DNA from: Catajapyx aquilonaris | Lineage: Eukaryota | Length of the DNA: 33,027 nucleotides | Assembly (NCBI GenBank): GCA_000934665.2 | Contig: KZ539118.1 | Span: 1-33,027, forward strand | Direction of reading: 5' to 3' | Shown here: one piece after another, positions 25,985 to 33,027 of the stretch | Layout: the number at the start of each line of letters is the position of its first letter | How positions within the stretch are numbered: the stretch's first letter is position 1 | Notes under the pieces: model-generated | Told to the model about the DNA's origin: nothing | Databases searched by the model: none | What the model saw: only the letters and a program-made list of their open reading frames with translations | Translations under genes and position numbers: made by a program

Positions 25985-27170
25985 TAAACCGATTCCATGT
26001 ATTTTAAATGCACATATGTTTTTACGGGCGGGCTACGGCGTTTCGCCTCTGGAATTTCAACCGCGATAAAAAAAAGGGAATATCCTACAAAAACACGAAG
26101 GCGTGTGGGTTATCTTTCCCCTTTTGTTTCCTCTCGCATTACAAAATCCACATTTTCGAAAAAGCGATTCACTGACCAGAAAAGGTTCAAAAAAAAACAT
26201 GCGCAATAAAATAATGCAGGTCGTCAACCTAAGCATCCATCAGCAAACTGTTGTCAGTCCTCTCAATCAAGTCATGATTTGTTAACGATAATATTCAAAA
26301 TTCATGACACGATAATTGATCTTATTCATCAGCTCTAATTAATGTTGTGCTCTACACCCACCCACCCCACAACGGACAGCCAACAAAGCCAGGACCCAGC
26401 AGAGATTTAGAAAGTCCAACCCCGAACAAGTAAATAAATGAAGGCAGAAATTCAATGCCCAATTAGCAAAGAGCCCCAAAATGGCTCTCGTGAATAAAAC
26501 AAGCGCCACTTTCGTGATAACTAAGCCAATGAGGAAATGGAGCGTCCTGTGACACTATAAGGTTGGTGGGTAGAGCCAAAAAATTAAGAATCCTTAAAGA
26601 CAGTCAGTCAGGCCTCCCTCAAGAAAACTTTAATAATATCGTCACCACTTTTCTCCGGGAGAAGCGGAGCGAAAGCCGAGAGAAAAGCTTGGCAAGATGC
26701 CTTCAAAGCTGTCTTCCACAACATACCCTCCCCATTCTGTAATTATTTCATCCCCGTCTTCCATCCCCTAGTTCGTTATCGTTACTTATAATTGGGTTAC
26801 TCTTGTGTAACTTTCTGCTCCGGTCTTTGAACAGGCGTATAAATGACCGGGCGCAATTAATAAACTTGAAAGTTATAACCGGTGCGTATAAGGAGGTGTC
26901 GCTTAGCATGTACAGGGTGAGCCAATATTGAAATGCGATTCCAAATATACGACAAAAAAAGTGGCACGTTCCTATTTTTTTATCTCCCTAGCTGCCAGAA
27001 TTGATATGCATTGTGTGAGGCAGATCAGACGTGAATCTGACGCATTTCAAACTGTATATCGGAAGAATTGTGCTGCCTGGCATCAAGGACGTTCCTTGCA
27101 CGTTCCTAGCACAAGTGTGTAAAAAAAGAAGTTGATTCAGTTGTTGAGTAAAGTGGGCGCAGAGTTCCGT

Positions 27171-27207
27171 GTGACGTCACTTCCGACAACGGGGCCGGAA
27201 CGGAAGT
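27171..27207. promoter_or_regulatory. ETS-CRE composite motif plus two more ETS cores; candidate promoter upstream of the minus-strand gene
   Basis: GTGACGTCACTTCCG at 27171-27185 (reverse complement CGGAAGTGACGTCAC: ETS site overlapping the CRE palindrome TGACGTCA), followed by CCGGAA (27195-27200) and CGGAAGT (27201-27207), about 1.6 kb upstream of the exon A acceptor. Confidence 0.4.
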
Positions 27208-28887
27208 TCTTGCCTTCACCTGCTGCAAATTCAATTCAAACTGGAGCTACAGGGTGCAGGCCTAATCAAAGGTCGGCCCTTGTGTAATGCGGACTGCGTC
27301 ATGTATGTATACAGCATCTTGTTTGGAGCACACGAATCGATCGCAGTGCCACGTGTTATCTGCCAGGCAGATTTAGCCGGAAAATGCGAATGATATTTTA
27401 TTTTCATTCCTTTTATGACGGAGTCGTACGCGTGGATATGGGCGTCATAAAGCACAATCATTTCTCGCATCTGCAGAAGCTGCCTGGCGATAATCCAATG
27501 ATAAATACTGCGTTTATGGCTCACAAATACAGCGTGCCATTACGAAAGCCGGGAGCGTGTATTGAAATGCTGGTAGTGCAAAAGCACATTCCGTGATGAT
27601 GTCCGCGACATGTCAAAATCCAGGGTTTTCAACCCGAAAAAAATCGCATATAGGCTAATATTGCATCTAAATTTATTGAGTTGTGCTACATAATGTACCT
27701 ATGATTTTAACATTTTAGTGTAGTTAAGATACACCCTGTATAAAGTATTTTTCCGGCAAAGTAGCTCATGTTTTTTCCACCCCAGAATTTGGTAGCACAA
27801 TGGAGCACTCCGGCTCATCTTGTTTATGTACGATAAAGATACGGCGGCACAATGCACCCAAGAAATTCCATTATGCACTGTCTGGGCATGACTTAGATAA
27901 GAACAAAATGAAGACGTCAGCTGTCTGTAATATCCAAACTTTCCCCTTGTCCAGAAAAAAAAATATGTGGTAGTTGAGTGTAACTTTTGGACATATCTGA
28001 TGGAAGAGTTTGTAGGCTTCACGTAGTTAAATATGAACATTCAGAAAGTGCCCGAGGAGGTATTCCAGGTCATAAATGGGACAAACATGCAAACTCCTGC
28101 GGCGCTGTGTTTTCTTGTAATAAAAATCTCCATCGCAGTTGGGAGTTCTTGGCAAATGACATATTCAATTTGAGCTTTGCACTTCCTACATCCCTCACCA
28201 CCTCATTTGAATCGGCAGAAAGAGGCTCCTTAGACAATGGCCTAATGAACTTCTTTCATCCTGACTTGGCACGCAACCCGTGTTCCCTCACTGTTCACCG
28301 GAGAGCCTGAATTAAAGGAGGAATCACTCCAAAGTGTGACCTGGAGTGAAAACTGCTGGAACTAGGGAATATTTGCATGGCTTCATCCAAGTAATTTACA
28401 ATTACGGGTGTGCAGAGAGGGTGAAATATGAACATCAAACGTTAGGGAAAAAATGGCAGCATAATTTGCTAAATACAGTTTCTCATCGAAAAGGTGTAAG
28501 TCGCATTCCGACTACAATAATTAAGCTCATTAAGTACCCACATATAAAAATAAAGTAATATTAATAAACATATTGCAGTACGGTCAAACGTCGCAAAAAC
28601 CAATTGACCAACACTTGCCAAGGTCCGTTATGTATATCCCTGGAGCCTTCAGAAACAATCAACCGAGCAGTAAATGTCGTCTGTATGAAAGACATAGCCT
28701 CTGACACATCCTTTTTCACCCTCCAAATAATTAAGTCTGACACTGGCTTCGCTGGAGCCAACGGGAGCAATAAGTTACATAATCAAGGAGCCCGTAAGAA
28801 TAAACTAAAGGCAGCCATGGCAACTCCCACAGGTGATTCGCCAGAGAAAAAATAAATAATAAATTGAAGAAAGGGGGGGGGGGGGGA

Positions 28888-29157
28888 NNNNNNNNNNNNN
28901 NNNNNNNNNNNNNNNNNNNNNNNNNNNNNNNNNNNNNNNNNNNNNNNNNNNNNNNNNNNNNNNNNNNNNNNNNNNNNNNNNNNNNNNNNNNNNNNNNNNN
29001 NNNNNNNNNNNNNNNNNNNNNNNNNNNNNNNNNNNNNNNNNNNNNNNNNNNNNNNNNNNNNNNNNNNNNNNNNNNNNNNNNNNNNNNNNNNNNNNNNNNN
29101 NNNNNNNNNNNNNNNNNNNNNNNNNNNNNNNNNNNNNNNNNNNNNNNNNNNNNNNNN
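28888..29157. other. Assembly gap (270 N)
   Basis: Run of N immediately following a 14-G homopolymer (28873-28886) and an A. Confidence 0.99.
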
Positions 29158-29290
29158 TAAAAAATGAAAACATAGCATATTTCTATTATTACGAGGCGCA
29201 TCCAGAAAGTAAGGTCCATTTTTTAATTAGAAAAAACACAATGCACCCCAGAATTTTTATTTACACATCTGAAATAGGCAACTGTCTACT

Positions 29291-29575
29291 TTTTTCAAAC
29301 ATAGTTTCCAGCCAAATCGAGGCATTTTTCATTGAGTTACACACGATTTTGTATGCCAATGTCATAGAAGTCTGCCGCGAGCTATTTCCGCGACCCCTGA
29401 ACGCTGGATTGCAATTCTTCTTCATTGTCAACATTATGCTTTGCAAGCCATTTCTTCCTGTCCATGGACAGGTAGTAATCGCTAGGCTCCAAATCACAAG
29501 TGATCAAACAATTCTCACTTGAATTGTTGCAGCAGGGTTCCAGCACGTAAAGACAGTAGGCAGACGGGCATTGTC
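29291..29575 (-). pseudogene. Degenerate mariner transposase C-terminal fragment (left arm)
   Basis: Manual translation with frameshifts: DNARLPT...LLQQFK*ELFDH..DLEPSDYYLSMDRKKWLAKHNVDNEEELQSSVQGSRK*LAADFYDIGIQNRV*LNEKCLDLAGNYVEK. This matches the mariner motifs HDNARPH, HPPYSPDLAPSDY and the terminal KC...G.YVEK. Confidence 0.9.
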
Positions 29576-29690
29576 CGAGGGTCTGTCGGCAATATTATAC
29601 CGATACGTTCCTTATTAATGGCCATCCTTATCTTCTGTAATGTCTCACAATAACCCTTTTGGATTGATCAAACGTAGCGTTGAGTTTCGT

Positions 29691-30365
29691 GGTGTTTTCT
29701 TGCGCGACAGTGCCTGTCTGCCTAGTGCCTTGCGTATACTGGAACCATGCCCCAACAATACAAGACAGTATATTCAAATGTGAATTGTTAGATCACCCGG
29801 GCAAGGTTGCACCCGGGATTTAGAGCCTAGCAATAATGACCACCTGTAAATGGACAGGAAGAAATGGCTTGCAAAGCAGAATGTTGACGATGACGAGGAA
29901 TTGCATTCCAGCGTTCAGGGGTCGCGAAAATTACTTCTATGACATAAACATACAAAATATTGGGGAGGTGCGGTGGCAGAGATGGCTTGCTGTGTGAAAG
30001 GTCCCAGGTTAGACCCCCGCCTGGGAGTTCCCTTTCACCTGCGTCGGGAGGGTCTCTGACCCTTACCTTGGAGGTGTCTGGCAACCACCTAACCTCCTGG
30101 GGGACATGCACATGGCTCAAACTTGAGACATTGCACCTGCACCTACGTTCCCTCCCCAAAAATCCCTACCCTTACCCAATGTCCTCGATTTCCCTGCACC
30201 GGAGTTGAATAAAAACCAAAAATAATTAAGAAAATATGGTGGTATCCCACCTCCCCTAAAAAAAACCACTGGTTCTATCACAGGGTAGAAGAAGAAGACA
30301 TACAAAATCGTGTGTAACTCAATGAAAAATGCCTCGATTTGGCTGGAAACTATTTTTCAAAAATG
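29691..30365 (+). pseudogene. Second, inverted copy of the mariner transposase C-terminal fragment (right arm), interrupted by a SINE
   Basis: GVFLRDSACLPSA (from HDNARPH), ...ELLDHP..., DRKKWLAKQNVDDDEELHSSVQGSRK, then after the insertion IQNRV*LNEKCLDLAGNY. Reverse-complement match to the left arm. Confidence 0.85.
29959..30297 (+). mobile_element. tRNA-derived SINE (about 340 bp) nested in the mariner MITE
   Basis: Absent from the opposite arm; flanked by the direct repeat ACATACAAAAT (29948-29958 and 30298-30308). Pol III A box TGGCAGAGATGG (29974-29985), B-box-like GGTTAGACCCC (30007-30017), and 3' tail AGAAGAAGAAG (30287-30297). Confidence 0.85.
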
Positions 30366-30572
30366 TAGACAGTTGTCGATTTCAGATGTGTAAAAATAAA
30401 AATTCTGGGGTGCATTGGAATTTGTCTAATTAAAAAAAAACGGAACTTACTTTCTGGATGCGCCTCGTATCATGCTGCAAGCTGCCTAGGAGAAAAAGCT
30501 GCCAATTAGCTGCTTTTATTTCATTCTAGGAATCAGAATTAAGAATTATGCAAATAATATTAAAAGGGAATT

Positions 30573-30749
30573 AGGGAAAGTATTTACGATATGTATTTAA
30601 ATACTTCTGTATTTAAATACTCAGAAATGTATTGAAATACAGTATTTAAATACAGGAAAATCAATGTAGTTATAAATACATATCTAAATACCAAGAAGTA
30701 TTTAAATACGTATTTAAATACATTTGTATTTAAATACTGCCCATCCCTG
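30573..30749. repeat. Array of the palindrome GTATTTAAATAC; probable small DNA-transposon (MITE) remnant
   Basis: Six perfect copies (starting 30593, 30609, 30642, 30698, 30710, 30726) plus about three degenerate ones. The right end reads inward CAGGGATGGGCAGTATTT; the left end AGGGAAAGTATTT is a degenerate counterpart. Confidence 0.75.
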
Positions 30750-33027
30750 TGAATGGGAGGGGTCTAATAAATATTTCTGCTGCTTGCTAATCACTCTTTC
30801 AAATCTATTTTAGGTTGCCTTTACAAGAACAAATCCAAAGGAGAAAAGGGTACAAAATTGCATTACTTCTTAGACAATTTGGTCTTTCTTCTCCCCTCCC
30901 TATTAAGTAGAGTACACATCACAAAGTGCACCTGTAAACTGCGTAATTACGGCAGTGCATTTTGTTTACGCGCCGCATACTGAGCACCACCCCGTAAATA
31001 TTATGATTGCCTGCTGACACACAAAGTGACGAACCGCTGAAAATTGACTTCACACAAAGTGCACAAAATGTTAAAAGCACTTCAATGAAACCGTTTAAGC
31101 GTCAAGAAGAGACATATCGAAGAAATGTGACAAAATTCAACACTGAGACTCTTCCTAACTGTGCTAACCCCCGTTTAAATATTCTGTTTGAAAAATCTAT
31201 ATTTAAACTGCCTGGAACATCACTATGTGTCGCACAAGACGCAATTGGACGATCTCCCTACCCAGCCGGATTGTAATTGAATCAATGGAAGACCTTGGCA
31301 CACACTTTAGTTGGAAGCAAAATTTCTCCTGGAGACAAACCCTGTGCCCAGACTATATAACCCAATGACGTCACAGAGCGTATGCCCCGAAAACATTTTC
31401 CGCGGTAGACCAAATCACCTCTCGGGGCTCCTGCTAATGGGAAATGGAGCCAAGGCTGTTCATGCTGACACTGAACAAGACTCTCAATTTCCTCTACGCC
31501 CGCCTGTACACGCCTACCCCCCCCAAAAAGCATGGAAGGAACATTTGCTCATTTCGAGAAGGTCAGTCTGACCTTGCATATATTTTTTTCTGAAACCAAA
31601 ATTTTACCCGGTGGATGCAAAATGGCCGTATTATTAGCCTGTCCCGATGAGTGATGGAACAGGCTGTTCCACAATTTTAAAAACACCATTGAATCGATTA
31701 ATGGACATGTATACATGTCTGTGGAATGAGCAGTGATTAATGTCGCAGCAGGAATGGAGCCGGAAAAACACGGATGGCTTACACCACTCTCTCAGAAGAA
31801 TAATAAAAAGTCAAACGTATAAATCCGTCCAATTCTACAGGCCCCCCCCCCCACCACCAAAATAGGGAGGGGAGGAATATAAGGGCGGAAGGGGGGGAAA
31901 TCCGATGGGGGGAGGAATCGACATGTCCATTGCCCAAAAAGGTTTCCTGGCATTTCTTCTGATCGATATCGGTCTCCCCCTCCTCCCTTTCCCCTTACTA
32001 TCCTTAGTCATCCCTACACCCACTCAACCAATCAACATTAGGCTCCTGCATTTCTCTTCCTCATCATCAATCCAAGGGCTCTGGAACGCACTTTATTTTC
32101 CACCTCAGGCCACCGATTTTTTTCTCATTCTTCCATTTTGCACCGACTCAAAGCAGCAGGGGACCAATCACTGTGCTCTTATGTCTTTTTAACTACCTCA
32201 GCTGCACTTCCCGCCGTGGTGTCGTTTCACACAATTTACAAATTGGAATGATCTATCTAGCAATGTCTAAGAAAATATTTTAGAGCCTTAGTTCAATTCG
32301 GAATATTATTGTAATTCGTGGCAATATTGGCTACGGAATTGGGCGAAAAAAAGGCATGGAAATGAATTTAAAAATAATATACAATGGGCATAAAATTGGT
32401 CGAGAATTTCGAATTAAATCAATTTTCAACTGAATTGTGCTCAAACGAATAATTTTCACGAATTATGGCGAATATCGAGTGTAAATCACTCAAATTAAGT
32501 CGTAACGGAAAATCAACAAAACCATTTCTAGAAAAGACACCCAGCGTTTGTGATCAAAGTTAAATGTAATAAACTATAGAAATGGCACATAAAAATACAA
32601 TATTAAATGCCATTTAAACGCCAAAGCTGCTGAGCAGATCATACCCACATATTAATTACTCCCATGATTTTCTTCTGGAAACTGGAGACTGACCTTTTCT
32701 ACTCTGACTGTACTGTATAGGTCCCAGCACTGTAGTGCACAAATAAGAGAAGGAAAATACGCATTACTCGAGTTGTCCATTCCCGTGCGAATGAGATAAT
32801 CCTGGGCCAGCTCTGAGGTACTCGTTTATTCTTATCCCATTTCCTTGGTGCCAGCAGTGCAAGGGGCCAGTCTTTTTGCCCTTTTCCTGCTGGATATTGG
32901 ATTGGGCTAATGACCCCCAAGGCGGTGGTTCTTGGCCTCGGGTCGAGTCTCCTGGGGGACTCCCCGAGTCATACGGGTTCGCCCAATCAGATTAAAGGAA
33001 CACTCCCCCCTTCCCCCCCTCCTTCCA

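Larger units (their letters stand above)
29192..30467. mobile_element. Non-autonomous mariner-derived foldback element (MITE) with long inverted arms
   Basis: Both ends read CGAGGCGCATCCAGAAAGTAAG inward, flanked by TA at 29190-29191 and 30468-30469. Inverted similarity continues: 29192-29355 pairs with 30299-30467, and about 29346-29575 pairs with about 29706-29958. Confidence 0.95.

Noticed and set aside
28731..29219. ORFs spanning X runs
   Set aside because: Artefacts of the assembly gap.
29961..30030. Possible tRNA gene
   Set aside because: A/B boxes are present but I could not fold a cloverleaf and the B box is mutated; it is the head of the SINE.
30593..30737. CRISPR-like repeat/spacer appearance
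   Set aside because: Repeats are only 12 bp with very short irregular spacers, there are no cas genes, and the context is eukaryotic.
32280..32510. AATTCG/CGAATT-rich block suggestive of another MITE with subterminal repeats
   Set aside because: Too degenerate to define TIRs or target duplications by eye.

Overview
Eukaryotic genomic DNA, probably from an invertebrate (spliceosomal introns, microsatellites, mariner/SINE relics, no obvious CpG depletion). It is mostly non-coding, and nearly all ORFs in the supplied track look spurious. One minus-strand protein-coding gene is supported by two large GC-rich exons: exon A (25538-24875, CDS from ATG 25409 or 25367) and exon B (23753-22770). They join in frame through a phase-1 GC-AG intron and encode an acidic, low-complexity protein with a 7-aa tandem repeat, PP1-docking-type motifs (SILK, SVLK, RVAF) and a short conserved-looking block (FDPPLDFVDHVTLSPPEGYKD). 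I could not find its downstream exons, so 1-22769 is probably one long intron. An ETS-CRE composite motif at 27171-27185 is a candidate upstream promoter. The most structured non-genic feature is a 1276-bp mariner-derived foldback element (29192-30467, TA target duplication) built from two inverted copies of the transposase 3' end. A tRNA-derived SINE with a (GAA)n tail and an 11-bp target duplication is inserted in its right arm. A GTATTTAAATAC palindrome array, a tiny TA-flanked MITE, inverted (TTA)n/(TAA)n microsatellites and a 270-N assembly gap are also present. I see no convincing new multi-gene system; the best leads are the nested transposon structure and the unusual splicing/uORF architecture of exon A.
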